Source: Candidatus Bathyarchaeota archaeon
GTDB taxonomy: Archaea; Thermoproteota; Bathyarchaeia; 40CM-2-53-6; DTGE01
Length of the DNA stretch: 64,000 nt
Assembly: GCA_018396725.1 (NCBI GenBank)
Contig: JAGTRC010000005.1
Location: 15,149-79,148, forward strand
Direction of reading: 5' to 3'
Below the pieces are notes generated by a model, which saw only the letters and a program-made list of their open reading frames with translations, was not told the DNA's origin and searched no databases. The position numbers were made by a program, and so were the translations under genes. Positions 49,511-59,765 of the stretch are shown piece by piece; positions within the stretch are counted from its first letter, which is position 1; each line of letters starts with the position of its first letter.

Positions 49511-49631
49511 CCCCTCACGGTGCGGCTCCATGGCTTTTGGGAGGCTTAAAAGATTTATACTTACGGCTTCGACTTTGAATTGGTAAGTCTTAATATTCAA
49601 GTGCAGTCAGGGAGAGGGATGAAGGGGGCGT

Positions 49632-50786
49632 ATGGTCTTGTCTCCAGCCGCGGGGAGGGGGATGTTCCCCAGACGGGGCTACGTGCTCCTCTTAGCGGGT
49701 ATCCTCATAGGATTCCTGGTGTTTGCGTCGATATCATTCGTGTTCAGCAGAGCTGGCCCGGCCGCTGTGGAGGCGGGTATCCCAGGGCGGGTGGAGTTCG
49801 AGTTCCTCTACACGAGCGAGAAGCAGGGGTGGATAGAGGAGGTCACCCCCGGCTTCAGGGAATGGTTCAAGAGCCGTTTCGGCATAGAGGTCTCGGTTAG
49901 ACTCGTGGTCACGGGCTCCCATAAGACCGTTAATCTAATCCTTCTCGGAAGCTCTAAGCCAGCGGCGTGGAGCCCCGCATCGAGCATATGGATACCCTAC
50001 TTGAACGCTAAGTGGAGGAGCTTAGGCCATCCCAGGGATATAGCTGTGGACTGGACTTCGCTGGTGGTCTCCCCCGCCGTGATAGCGGGTTGGCGTTCCT
50101 TCCTGGAGGCCAACGACATCAGGGGCTATAGGGATCTGATAAGGCTCTCGGAGGAGGGGATATCCTTCAGGTACGGCCATCCCGACCCTCAACTCTCGAA
50201 TGGGGGGGTTATGGCTGCGATGCTTGAGTTCGCGGCCGCCACCGGGAAACCCCCTGAATCCCTGACGGTGGGGGATTTAACGGACGAGGATGTCTTATCA
50301 AGGATCGCCGCTTTGGAGTCTAGGGCGGTGGCCTATGGGGAGAGCACGGGCTTCTTCGGGTCGTGGGCCGCCGAGAACGGCCCCGCAGCCATAGATGTCT
50401 TCACTGTATATGAGAGCGTCGTGATCGATAACGCCTTGAAGGCTGAGCGTAAATGGGGCGACCCCCTGGTGGCGGTCTACCCTGAGGACGGTGTACTCCT
50501 ATCGGATCACCCCTATGTCCTCCTGGATGCTGAATGGGTGACCCCGTGGCAGAGGTTCGCAGCCGCGCAGTACCTATTATACCTGCTCACGCCCCAGGTC
50601 CAGGAGAGGGCCCAACTACACGGCTTCAGGCCGGCCAATCCCAGCGTACCCTTGGACAGTGAAATCTTCAATCCATCGAACGGTGTGAAGCTCGACTTGG
50701 AGGTGCCCGTGCTCAGGCCTCCATCCGGGGAGGTCATGGAGGCCATGCTGGGGGCGTGGGTTAAGGTTCGAAACCCGGGCGTCTGA
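49632..50786 (+). CDS. Extracellular solute-binding protein (type often found with vWA domains)
   Basis: N-terminal TM, TSEKQGW, WSPASSIW, HPDPQLSNGG, YESVVI, SDHPY, GFRP. Confidence 0.85.
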   Translation: MVLSPAAGRGMFPRRGYVLLLAGILIGFLVFASISFVFSRAGPAAVEAGIPGRVEFEFLYTSEKQGWIEEVTPGFREWFKSRFGIEVSVRLVVTGSHKTVNLILLGSSKPAAWSPASSIWIPYLNAKWRSLGHPRDIAVDWTSLVVSPAVIAGWRSFLEANDIRGYRDLIRLSEEGISFRYGHPDPQLSNGGVMAAMLEFAAATGKPPESLTVGDLTDEDVLSRIAALESRAVAYGESTGFFGSWAAENGPAAIDVFTVYESVVIDNALKAERKWGDPLVAVYPEDGVLLSDHPYVLLDAEWVTPWQRFAAAQYLLYLLTPQVQERAQLHGFRPANPSVPLDSEIFNPSNGVKLDLEVPVLRPPSGEVMEAMLGAWVKVRNPGV

Positions 50787-50814
50787 CGCTGTAGGGAGGA
50801 AGCCTTATGTATGG

Positions 50815-52551
50815 GTGAAGCTGGTGGCTGAGTTGGAGCTGAGGTTAGCGGTATCACCATTAACTCGCCGTCGATTAACGGCTTTAGTGGCGGTCTCCTC
50901 CTCCCTGATCGCCTTCGCCGTCCTAATACTCCTCCCCACGATATACCTGGTATCGTTCATATTCACGAATTTCCCCCGGATATACTCAGAGATATTCGCG
51001 CATGAGATAGTGGGCCTGGAGAACTGGATCCAGATAAAGAGGGTTCTCTTCCTCTCCCTCAGGGTCTCAAGCTTGACCGTAGCCTTGGACCTCCTGTTCG
51101 GTATACCCCTAGCCTACATCTTGGCCAAGAAGAGGTTCCCTGGGAGGGCCCTCCTGGAGGACGTGGTCACGTTCCCCCTGGTGCTGCCCACATCGGCCTT
51201 CGGGTTCGCCACCCTGATGGCTTGGACCACCATCACGGGCTTAGGCGGGTTCCTAGGCCTGGGCAGGGGCCTCATAGACGTAACGTTGAGGATCCCCTTC
51301 CTCAGGGTGCCCGTGCTCATATTGATGGTCCATGTGGCCCTCACGCTCCCCTACGTGGCTTTGACTTTGAGGGCTAAGATCATGGAGGTGGAGCCGATGT
51401 ACGAGGAGGCCTCCAGGACGCTGGGCGCACCGCCCCTAACCACCTTTAGGAGGGTTCTACTACCCATGATAACCCCAGGGGTGCTCTCAGGCGCCGTCTT
51501 GGCCTTCGCTAGATCCCTCGGGGAGACCGGGGCCACCCTGGTGGTGAGCGGGGTATACTCCACGGCGTCCATAGCGGTGGTGAGATGGGTCTACGAGTTC
51601 AAGTTCGCCGAGGCGGCCTTCCTGGGGGGGCTCCTGATAGCCATGGCTTGGGGGATAATAATACCCGTGGAGGCCATTGTAGGCCGCCCCGCAGGCCTCC
51701 CCATGTTTAGGCCGGGTAAGCTCGAGGTTAAAACCCATGGGGGCCTGGTGCGCTTCGAGAAGTTCGCGTCGAGGAGGCTCCTACCCTTGAGGGAGATAGC
51801 GGTTTCAGTGGTGATAGGGCTCACGATAATCCTACCGGTGTTGACGGTGCTCAACGCGCTGATCCCATACTGGAGCGCCGACCCGTATACGGGGAGGGTG
51901 GAGGGCGGCATCCTATATCAGCTCTTCGGCCCTCCAAACTATTTCAGGGAGGTGGCGAGGGCCACCTTAACCTCCTTCACGGTGGCGGGCGTCTCAACCT
52001 ACGTATCCGCGTGTCTGGCCGTGCCCCTCACCTATCTGATAGCCCGGAACCCCCTGGGGGGCGTCATAAGATCCCTGCTCAAGATACCCCTAGTGGTCCC
52101 GACATCGGCCCTAGGCCTCTCCATGCTCCTCCTCTGGGGCCCATCGGGATTGAACATGGTTAAACCCGGTGTATGGCTCATCATCCTAACCCATATAGTG
52201 TTCTCGGTCCCGGTGATAGTCGAGCCCACGTTGGCGGCCTACGAGCGTTCCCAGATAATCCTCCTAGAGGAGGCGGCGAGGACCATGGGCGCAACCCCAT
52301 ATGACGTCCTAGAGACGGTGAGCCTCCCGCTCCTCAAGAGGGGCATCCTAGCCGGCTCCATATTATCGTTCACACACTCCCTCGGGGAGACGGGAGCCAC
52401 CTTCATAGTGATGGGCCGAGACATAACGGTGCCCACCCTAGTGGTGAACATGGTCGAATCCCTAGCGATACCCGCAGCCCTCTTCACCTCCACATACCTC
52501 ATAATACTATCCATGGCGATGCTGCTAGCCTTCAAATTCATATCGGGCTAA
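50815..52551 (+). CDS. ABC transporter permease with two fused TM domains (CysT/ModB/FbpB-like)
   Basis: Two EAA loops (EEASRTLGA, EEAARTMGA) and two SLGETGAT motifs. Confidence 0.92.
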   Translation: MKLVAELELRLAVSPLTRRRLTALVAVSSSLIAFAVLILLPTIYLVSFIFTNFPRIYSEIFAHEIVGLENWIQIKRVLFLSLRVSSLTVALDLLFGIPLAYILAKKRFPGRALLEDVVTFPLVLPTSAFGFATLMAWTTITGLGGFLGLGRGLIDVTLRIPFLRVPVLILMVHVALTLPYVALTLRAKIMEVEPMYEEASRTLGAPPLTTFRRVLLPMITPGVLSGAVLAFARSLGETGATLVVSGVYSTASIAVVRWVYEFKFAEAAFLGGLLIAMAWGIIIPVEAIVGRPAGLPMFRPGKLEVKTHGGLVRFEKFASRRLLPLREIAVSVVIGLTIILPVLTVLNALIPYWSADPYTGRVEGGILYQLFGPPNYFREVARATLTSFTVAGVSTYVSACLAVPLTYLIARNPLGGVIRSLLKIPLVVPTSALGLSMLLLWGPSGLNMVKPGVWLIILTHIVFSVPVIVEPTLAAYERSQIILLEEAARTMGATPYDVLETVSLPLLKRGILAGSILSFTHSLGETGATFIVMGRDITVPTLVVNMVESLAIPAALFTSTYLIILSMAMLLAFKFISG

Positions 52552-52724
52552 GCCCTACACGGGGATGGGATAGATGGATGGGTGGAAGCCCCGAGATTTG
52601 GAGGAGCGTAGACGATTGGAGGAACAGACGGGCACGGGTAATAACCCTTTAACTTTAACTTTAATACCCTAACCAACTACTAGTTATAGGGTTTCCCTTC
52701 CATTCCATTTATGGGTGGGGCGAC

Positions 52725-53828
52725 GTGCCTGAAGTGAGGCTTGTAGAGGTGACCAAGAGGTTCGGCGGCTTCACCGCTCTGGATCGCGTGAGCTTCCATG
52801 TGAGGGATGGGGAGTACGCGGCGCTTCTAGGCCCTTCGGGCTGCGGCAAGACCACGGCCCTAAGGATCATAGCGGGGCTGTTGAAGCCCGATGAGGGAAC
52901 CGTATATATAGATGGTGAGGCGGTTAACGATGTCCCTCCTGAGGACAGGGGGATAGGGTTCGTCTTCCAGAACTACGCCCTGTTCCCGCATATGACCCTA
53001 TGGGGGAACACCGTCTACGGCCCCACCATAAGGGGTTGGAACCCGGAGACCGTGAGGAGGCTCGCGAAGGAGATGCTGGCGATGGTGCATCTGACGGGGA
53101 GGGAGGACAGCTATCCCCATGAGTTGAGCGGTGGGATGCAGCAGAGGGCCGCCTTGGCTAGGGCCTTAGCCTCAGGGGCTAAACTCCTATTGTTGGATGA
53201 GCCCTTGGCAGCCCTCCACGCCCGTCTAAGGGCTGAGCTGAGATACGAGCTTAGGAGGCTCGCCGAGGATTTAGGGCTCACCGTAATACATGTGACCCAT
53301 GATCAGGAGGAGGCTATGACCCTATCGGATAAGATAATCGTCATGCGCAGGGGCCGCCTGGAGCAGGTGGGGACGCCGGAGGAGATCTACTTCAACCCTA
53401 AGACCCCCTTCATAGCGAATTTCATAGGGGAAGCCAACTTCTTCGAAGGCTACGTCCTAAAAGAGGCTAGAGAAGGCTTATATGTGACTATAAGGGGCGA
53501 TCTTATACTCCAAGCGTCCGGTGGGGGATTCCATGAGGGGGAGAGGGTGGTCCTAGCGGTCAAGCCGGAGTTCATATCCCTGGAGACCCCCGCCCCCGGG
53601 GACATAAACCTGATACCTGGAAGGATCGAGCGTATCAGGTTCATAGGCAGCTTCATACGCTACGAGGTCAGGCTGGTAAACGAGGACCTGACGGCTGTGA
53701 GGGTAACCGTGGAATCCAAGCCCCATCTGAATGTGGGGGATGAGGTATCCCTAAGGTTCAACCCGGATAGGATACATGTATTCTCTTATCCTAGGGAGGG
53801 GCTCATGGAGGCTACCAAGGTTGAGTGA
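52725..53828 (+). CDS. ABC transporter ATPase with TOBE domain
   Basis: GPSGCGKTT, FQNYALFPH, LSGGMQQR, VTHDQEEA. Confidence 0.95.
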   Translation: MPEVRLVEVTKRFGGFTALDRVSFHVRDGEYAALLGPSGCGKTTALRIIAGLLKPDEGTVYIDGEAVNDVPPEDRGIGFVFQNYALFPHMTLWGNTVYGPTIRGWNPETVRRLAKEMLAMVHLTGREDSYPHELSGGMQQRAALARALASGAKLLLLDEPLAALHARLRAELRYELRRLAEDLGLTVIHVTHDQEEAMTLSDKIIVMRRGRLEQVGTPEEIYFNPKTPFIANFIGEANFFEGYVLKEAREGLYVTIRGDLILQASGGGFHEGERVVLAVKPEFISLETPAPGDINLIPGRIERIRFIGSFIRYEVRLVNEDLTAVRVTVESKPHLNVGDEVSLRFNPDRIHVFSYPREGLMEATKVE

Positions 53829-54492
53829 GAGGCTGGTCTCGTGGCTGGATAGGAGGCGGCGCATGAAGAGTATAGAGCTCATCCAGAGGCACCTCTCCGC
53901 CACCTCATCCGCGGTGGAGGAGCTCCATAGGGCGATAGAATACAAGGTAAACGGGGATTTAGAGGCCTCGGGTGAGGCCGTCGACCGTGTAGCGGAGTTG
54001 GAGGCTGAAGCCGACCATCTGAGGGATGAGATATCCCTGGAGGTTGCTAAGAGCCCCCTCCCGGCCGGCGACAGGGAGGACCTGCTCCGCCTGATCCGTA
54101 GGGTCGACTGGATAGCGGACTGGGCTAGGGAGGCGGCTAGGATACTCGTATGGACGCCCCTCGATAAGATGCCTAGGGAACTTATCGACATCATGAGGGC
54201 CATGATGGTTAAAGTCAGGGAATGCGTCCTCAACGTGGAGAGATGCGTCAACAGGCTGGGGGTAGACCTCGAGGAGGCCTTGAAGATCGCTGATACGGTT
54301 GAGCGGTTGGAGGAGGAGGTCGATGAGAGGTACCTGGAGGCGAGGGGTATGTATCCAACCCTGGACTATTCGAGGGTAAACCCTGGAGAAGCCATACTGA
54401 TAAGCCAGCTCCTAGACGCTATAGAGTATATAGCTGACTGGTCCGAGAACACCATAGATCAGGTGCGCATAATCGCCATAAGAATAGTCTGA
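53821..54492 (+). CDS. DUF47 (PhoU-like) protein
   Basis: LEAEADHLR, DWIADW, LEEEVD, EYIADWSE repeats; TTG at 53821. Confidence 0.9.
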   Translation: MSERLVSWLDRRRRMKSIELIQRHLSATSSAVEELHRAIEYKVNGDLEASGEAVDRVAELEAEADHLRDEISLEVAKSPLPAGDREDLLRLIRRVDWIADWAREAARILVWTPLDKMPRELIDIMRAMMVKVRECVLNVERCVNRLGVDLEEALKIADTVERLEEEVDERYLEARGMYPTLDYSRVNPGEAILISQLLDAIEYIADWSENTIDQVRIIAIRIV

Positions 54493-54520
54493 ATGAGCAC
54501 CGGTGCTGGGAAATACCCTG

Positions 54521-54562
54521 AAACCCCACTTTTTATAAAATAAACCCCACTTTTTATAAAAT
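54521..54562. repeat. Perfect 21-bp tandem duplication
   Basis: AAACCCCACTTTTTATAAAAT x2. Confidence 0.9.
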
Positions 54563-54735
54563 AAATCTTAAGCAAGAAGGCGGTTTCCCCCTGAAGGGTT
54601 GGCGAGCCGCCCCTCCTGTTTCTCAATATATCCTTGTATGGTTTCTGCTTTTCTGCTGAGACACGCCCCCGCAGCTACAATATCATATGGTAGGGTTGGA
54701 GCCCACGATTTACATGCATATTTTAAAGCTTTTTT

Positions 54736-56010
54736 TTAAAGCTTTGAGCGGCTTACTTGCTCAGCTACGTCAACCAGTTGTTCTGGGCCGAGCTCCTCAT
54801 ATGAGCCTGGAACGCTCGGGGGCTTAGCGGTTGCGCTTATGAGGCCGGCCTTCGGGATTCCATAAGAATGAATGGTTTCAACCGCCTTTTCAGCCTCGCG
54901 TCTTCCAAGCACCCCAATTTTTACCTCGTATCCTATAATGGGATTCTTACCTTTCGAGTCCAGGATAACGATGTCTATGTCGCCTTCGCCGTTGGGCAGT
55001 ATGGTGTAGCTTTTTATCCCCTCCATGTATTCGGCCAGCATCTCCCCCAGGCTGAACTGGAATTCCCTGCCGAAGGCCCTTAAGACCAGGTTGCGGTCGA
55101 CTCTCCTGTGGATTCCCTCAGCGATGTTAAGTTTCTGGTCGGCGTAGTAGATTATGGATAGCAGCGGCGACCTATGCTTGAAATAGTACCTGGAGCCCCT
55201 CGTCCTCCACAACATGACCTTCTCCAGGAGGCCCATTCCGGTAAGCCTTTCCAGCAGCCCGGTAACCGTGGGGAGGCCCCCCGATATCAGACCGTTGGAT
55301 GTCAGGATTCCTGAAATCTCCGCGGGCTTCCAAACCCCCTCCCCAATCAGCCTGAGAACCGCGTCGTAAATCCTCGTCAACGATCTATCCTCCTCCTCGA
55401 AAACCTCCCCGATGAGCCCTGAGGCGGAGGCCAGGAGGCCGTAAGCCTTATCGCAGATCTCCGAGGCTGCATCATCCCCCAGGGACATTATTGGAATAAC
55501 CCATGGGTCGCGGATAATAAGCCCCCACAATAAGGCGTCCTGTAGTGAGGTGCAAACATTCTTGAGCGAGAGGATCGCGTCCGAATATCTTATTAGATCC
55601 AGCTTAAATGGCGTAAACAAGCCTAGGAGGGGGCTTCTCCTGTCGAAGATCTTCTTAAGGATCCCCAAGCTTGAGCCGCTGGCTATGAGCTTTCCACTGG
55701 GATGATGAAGGGCTATCGCCTCCCAGAACTCTTCGGGAAGCCTCTGAAATTCATCCAGCACGACTGCTTCGCCCTTCTTCAGCAGAGCCCCAGCCCGTTT
55801 AACCGCCTCCTCGATGCTCATGTAGGAGGTCTCGCCCCCGCGCTCGGTGAGCACGCGGCCGGGCCTCGTTACTACGAAGTAATGCGCCTTGTCGAAAACC
55901 CTCCTTAACAGAAATGTTTTTCCTGTCTTCCTCCTTCCATAGACCAGTATCCATCCCCTTAGATCCTTTACGGATTCCTCCCTCCTCTTTATTACGATGT
56001 CTTTATCCAT
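54736..56010 (-). CDS. Archaeal AAA+ ATPase with C-terminal restriction-endonuclease-like domain
   Basis: YGRRKTGKT, LDEFQ, SGSS, DIDIV...GYEVK; ATG at 56010. Confidence 0.88.
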   Translation of the reverse strand: MDKDIVIKRREESVKDLRGWILVYGRRKTGKTFLLRRVFDKAHYFVVTRPGRVLTERGGETSYMSIEEAVKRAGALLKKGEAVVLDEFQRLPEEFWEAIALHHPSGKLIASGSSLGILKKIFDRRSPLLGLFTPFKLDLIRYSDAILSLKNVCTSLQDALLWGLIIRDPWVIPIMSLGDDAASEICDKAYGLLASASGLIGEVFEEEDRSLTRIYDAVLRLIGEGVWKPAEISGILTSNGLISGGLPTVTGLLERLTGMGLLEKVMLWRTRGSRYYFKHRSPLLSIIYYADQKLNIAEGIHRRVDRNLVLRAFGREFQFSLGEMLAEYMEGIKSYTILPNGEGDIDIVILDSKGKNPIIGYEVKIGVLGRREAEKAVETIHSYGIPKAGLISATAKPPSVPGSYEELGPEQLVDVAEQVSRSKL

Positions 56011-56011
56011 T

Positions 56012-56045
56012 ATATTCTCCACAGAATATTCTCCACAGAATATTC
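56012..56045. repeat. 14-bp tandem repeat between TATA box and start codon (operator-like)
   Basis: ATATTCTCCACAGA x2 plus ATATTC, creating GAATATTC palindromes; TTTATAG on the minus strand at about 56046-56052. Confidence 0.8.
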
Positions 56046-56638
56046 CTATAAACTTTATGTGAAGAAGACTCTTTCCCCATTCGATCCCGTTGATCAAGGG
56101 CCGCCATATTAATCACTCCACAGCGGAATCCCAAGACCATGTAACCAAATGGATAGAGTGCGCGAACTTGATGGGCTTCGTAATTCACGGGTTCAAAGCC
56201 AGCTGTGCTGCCGACGAGATGTTAGGGGGGAGGGTTAGCGTAATGCCGTAATACATAAATTATAAAAACCTGTAGTTGAGGTCACAGAGCGATAAAACGT
56301 TAAGCTAGGGATCGAGGGAATCGAAATATTAGGAAGGAATAATATATATGGATCACCGAGATAATGGAGGGCTCCGCGGACACGCCGCTTCGAGGCTACA
56401 GGCATCCATCAGGTATACATCCATGGGGGTATAAGGGTTCAAACCTGAAATTTTATGGGCCAGAAATACTCCTACGATACACCGGTTACGCTGCAGATTA
56501 AATGAGTGGAGTGAAATATCTTTAAATGTGGGGATGCAGCCCTGCTCGGATGGGGGTTTGAACACTGGAATATGCTGTGGAACCTCCATGTGAGATGCCC
56601 ATAGCTGCACTGAAACCTCTTAATGAATCTAAATAGGG

Positions 56639-57460
56639 GTGGAGGATGGGATGGGGATCGAGTCTCGTAAAGGTTTCCGCATAATTGTATGTGTGAAACA
56701 GGTCCCGGAGACCACGGAGGTTGAGATCGATCCGGAGACTGGAACCCTTAGGAGGGAGGGGGTTCCAGCCGTGGTTAACCCGTTCGACCTCCACGCGATC
56801 GAGGAGGCCGTGAGGATTAAGGAGAGGCATGGAGGCGTAGTCACAGCCATAAGTATGGGGCCTCCCCAGGCCGAGTCGGCGGTCAGGGATGCCCTGGCCC
56901 TGGGCTGCGACGAGGGCATCCTCCTGACGGACAGGACCTTCGCCGGCGCGGATACCCTGGCGACCGCCTATACTTTAGGTCGGGCCATCCGCAAGCTGGG
57001 GGTCTTCGACCTGGTGATATGCGGGATGAAGACCACGGATGGGGATACGGCGCAGGTCGGCCCTGAACTGGCTGAGGAGCTGGGGATACCCCATGTAGCC
57101 TACGTGAACGGGATAAGGGAGCTCACGGAAAGCCACATGGAGGTTGAGAAGCTCATGGAGGATGGACTCGAGGTCATAAAGGTGCCTCTACCATGCCTCA
57201 TAACGGTTACGAAGGGGATAAACGAGCCCCGCCTCCCCTCCTTGAAGGCTAAGCTCCAGGCTAGGAGGAGCCCGATAACCATCTGGGGATCAGGGGACCT
57301 CGGAGGGGATCCTTCACGCTACGGCCTGACGGGTTCGCCGACCCGGGTGGTCAGGGTGTTCACGCCGGAGCCCCATGGGAGGGGCGAGATCATAACGGGC
57401 AATCCGGGGATGCAGGCGGGGAGGCTCCTCGAGAAACTCATGGAGTTAAGGCTGATATGA
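56639..57460 (+). CDS. etfB: Electron transfer flavoprotein subunit beta
   Basis: VCVKQVP, NPFD, SMGPP, GADTLAT, DGDTAQVGP, GSPT. Confidence 0.95.
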   Translation: MEDGMGIESRKGFRIIVCVKQVPETTEVEIDPETGTLRREGVPAVVNPFDLHAIEEAVRIKERHGGVVTAISMGPPQAESAVRDALALGCDEGILLTDRTFAGADTLATAYTLGRAIRKLGVFDLVICGMKTTDGDTAQVGPELAEELGIPHVAYVNGIRELTESHMEVEKLMEDGLEVIKVPLPCLITVTKGINEPRLPSLKAKLQARRSPITIWGSGDLGGDPSRYGLTGSPTRVVRVFTPEPHGRGEIITGNPGMQAGRLLEKLMELRLI

Positions 57461-57482
57461 GCCTCAGGGGAGGGTTCCAGGA

Positions 57483-58697
57483 ATGCCCTTCATAGCCGTC
57501 TCGAGGGATAAATGCGTTAAATGCGGTTTATGCCTGCGGGCCTGCCCGTTCGAAGCCGTGACCATGGTGGAGGGTTATCCTGAATTCAACGAGAACTGCC
57601 GTTTCTGCGGGGCATGCGTATCCGCCTGCCCGGTTCAGGCGATCACCATGACGGTGGAGGAGGCCGCCAAGGCGGTTGACCTCTCCAAGTATAGGGGGGT
57701 GATGGTCTTCGCGGAGCAGAGGGAGGGCCGGGTAGCCCCGGTGGTCTACGAGCTCATAGGCAAGGGCAGGGAGCTGGCGGGGAAGCTTGGAGAACCCTTG
57801 TACGCGGTCCTCCTAGGCTCCAATATCAGGGGGGAGGCTGAGAACCTCCTCAGATACGGCTTGGACAAGGTCTACGTCTACGACCACAGCAGCTTGGGGA
57901 GGTTCAGGGACGATCCATACACCCAGCTCATAGCGGAGCTGGTTGAGGAGGTGAAGCCCAGCATAATCCTCATAGGGGCCACCTCGATAGGACGGTCCCT
58001 GGCGCCTAGGCTCGCCTCTAGGCTTAAGACAGGGTTGACGGCGGACTGCACAGGCTTGGACGTGGATGAGAAGGGGAACCTGATACAGACGAGGCCGGCC
58101 TTCGGGGGGAACATCATGGCCACCATCATAACGCCTAACCATCGCCCCCAGATGGCCACGGTGAGATATAAGGTGATGGCTGAGGCTGAGCCTGTGGAGA
58201 ACCCTAAGGGGGAGATAGAGGAGAGGACGGTCAACCCTGAAGGATTAATCGATCGAACCGAGGTTATAAGTTTCCAGAGGGAGGAGGGCGAAGTATCCAT
58301 AACCGAGGCGGATGTGATAGTCTCCGGGGGGAGGGGCTTAGGGGGGCCTGAAGGCTTCAAGCTCCTAGAGGAGCTGGCCAGGCTTCTAGGGGGGGCCGTC
58401 GGGGCGAGCAGATCGGCCGTCGACGAGGGATGGATAAGCTACTCCCATCAGATAGGCCTGAGCGGCAGGACCGTGAGGCCCAAGCTCTACATAGCCTGCG
58501 GGATCTCGGGATCCGTCCAACACCTGGCCGGCATGCAGACCTCCGAGGTGATAGTGGCGATAAATAAGGATCCGAACGCCCCCATATTCAAGGTCTCAAC
58601 CTATGGGATAGTCGGGGACCTATACGAGGTGGTGCCCGAGCTGATAAGGAGGATAAAGGAGAACAGGAGAGCTTCAAGCGGGGCAGCCGAGGAATAG
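57483..58697 (+). CDS. etfA: Electron transfer flavoprotein subunit alpha with N-terminal 2x[4Fe-4S] ferredoxin
   Basis: CVKCGLCLRACP and CRFCGACVSACP; GLTADC, RPAFGGN, SGGRG, GISGSVQH. Confidence 0.95.
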   Translation: MPFIAVSRDKCVKCGLCLRACPFEAVTMVEGYPEFNENCRFCGACVSACPVQAITMTVEEAAKAVDLSKYRGVMVFAEQREGRVAPVVYELIGKGRELAGKLGEPLYAVLLGSNIRGEAENLLRYGLDKVYVYDHSSLGRFRDDPYTQLIAELVEEVKPSIILIGATSIGRSLAPRLASRLKTGLTADCTGLDVDEKGNLIQTRPAFGGNIMATIITPNHRPQMATVRYKVMAEAEPVENPKGEIEERTVNPEGLIDRTEVISFQREEGEVSITEADVIVSGGRGLGGPEGFKLLEELARLLGGAVGASRSAVDEGWISYSHQIGLSGRTVRPKLYIACGISGSVQHLAGMQTSEVIVAINKDPNAPIFKVSTYGIVGDLYEVVPELIRRIKENRRASSGAAEE

Positions 58698-58733
58698 ACG
58701 GGGATCCCCTACGCCTCCACAGGATGAGCCCTC

Positions 58734-59762
58734 CTAGCGGATTTCCCTGAGGGATCTCTCCTTCACCCTGATGACCATGAAGAGCATCGCTGCGAGGAGC
58801 ACGGTTATTATCAAGGCCGGCAGGTTATATCTGGCTATCATGTCCCCTATATAGGCGTATAACAGGCATCTCGGGATGGATCCTATAAAGGTGAGCGCAG
58901 TGAACCTCCAGGGCTTCACCCTCGTCAACCCTGAAAGGTAGGAGATGGCGTCGAAGGGTATGAAGGGTATGAGCCTCCCCAGGAGGATGGTCCACAACCC
59001 GTATCTATGGAACCAGAGGTCAACCCTCCCAATGGCATCCCCCTTGACGAGCTTCTCCGCTAATGGTCTGCCGCCCAGCCTCGCGATGTAGAAGCATATT
59101 AATCCCCCTATGGTCGAGCCTAAGCCGCCGTATAAGCCCACGTTCAAGGGGTTCATGACCATGCCCGCGAAGGCTAGTATGGCCTCGTTGGGGATGGGGG
59201 AGAATACTGAGCCCAGGATCATGGCCGCGAGCAGGCCCCTCGGCCCGTACCTGATCATCCAAGCCTTGGAGGCTAATACGATCCGGCCGATCATCCTCCG
59301 CCCCTCATCCATGTAGGCTGATAGGATCGGGGACATGGTTGATATCCAACGGCCCATAACCGGGGCTCCCGCTACGATTATCTCCCTCGTAACCCATACC
59401 ATGGGTATGAAGCTCATGAAGAGCATGAGCATGGTGAGGCTGTATAATAGGTTGGAGATGAGCCTGATCCTGTCGGTCGCCTCGGAGATCTTCAGGATGA
59501 TCCAGGCGGAGAGGAGCGCCAGTATCGAGAGAGGCGGCAGGAACAAGGCCAACCCTATCAGGAAGATGGGATAATCCAATCCATGCTCCGATAATTCTGC
59601 TGAGACCCGGCCCATGAAAGGCAGCTCCAGGTAAGCCGTGTAATCGAAGGTCTCAAGGGAGTAGCGTGGAACCAGGAGGAGGAGGCTCAGCAGCCACAGG
59701 GACAGGTACGCGATGGCGAGCCCGGCCATCACCCTGGATGCTAAACGATCCTTATAGGCCAT
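58734..59762 (-). CDS. DedA/TVP38 (VTT) membrane protein with an extra N-terminal TM region
   Basis: SPIPNE, RLIPFIPFDAISY, IGSIPR. Confidence 0.85.
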   Translation of the reverse strand: MAYKDRLASRVMAGLAIAYLSLWLLSLLLLVPRYSLETFDYTAYLELPFMGRVSAELSEHGLDYPIFLIGLALFLPPLSILALLSAWIILKISEATDRIRLISNLLYSLTMLMLFMSFIPMVWVTREIIVAGAPVMGRWISTMSPILSAYMDEGRRMIGRIVLASKAWMIRYGPRGLLAAMILGSVFSPIPNEAILAFAGMVMNPLNVGLYGGLGSTIGGLICFYIARLGGRPLAEKLVKGDAIGRVDLWFHRYGLWTILLGRLIPFIPFDAISYLSGLTRVKPWRFTALTFIGSIPRCLLYAYIGDMIARYNLPALIITVLLAAMLFMVIRVKERSLREIR

Positions 59763-59765
59763 GGC

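Noticed and set aside
52595-52675. Imperfect GATTGGAGGA..AGACG direct repeat and CTTTAA x3
   Set aside because: Only two degenerate copies without spacers; not CRISPR, probably slippage near an internal promoter
54521-54620. Possible CRISPR remnant or IS200/IS605 end
   Set aside because: Repeats are adjacent with no spacer, and there is no tnpA, tnpB or cas sequence nearby
56090-56640. Long AT-rich gap with TCCAC/TCCAG words as a possible replication origin
   Set aside because: No full ORB with G-string and no cdc6; part of it looks like decayed coding sequence
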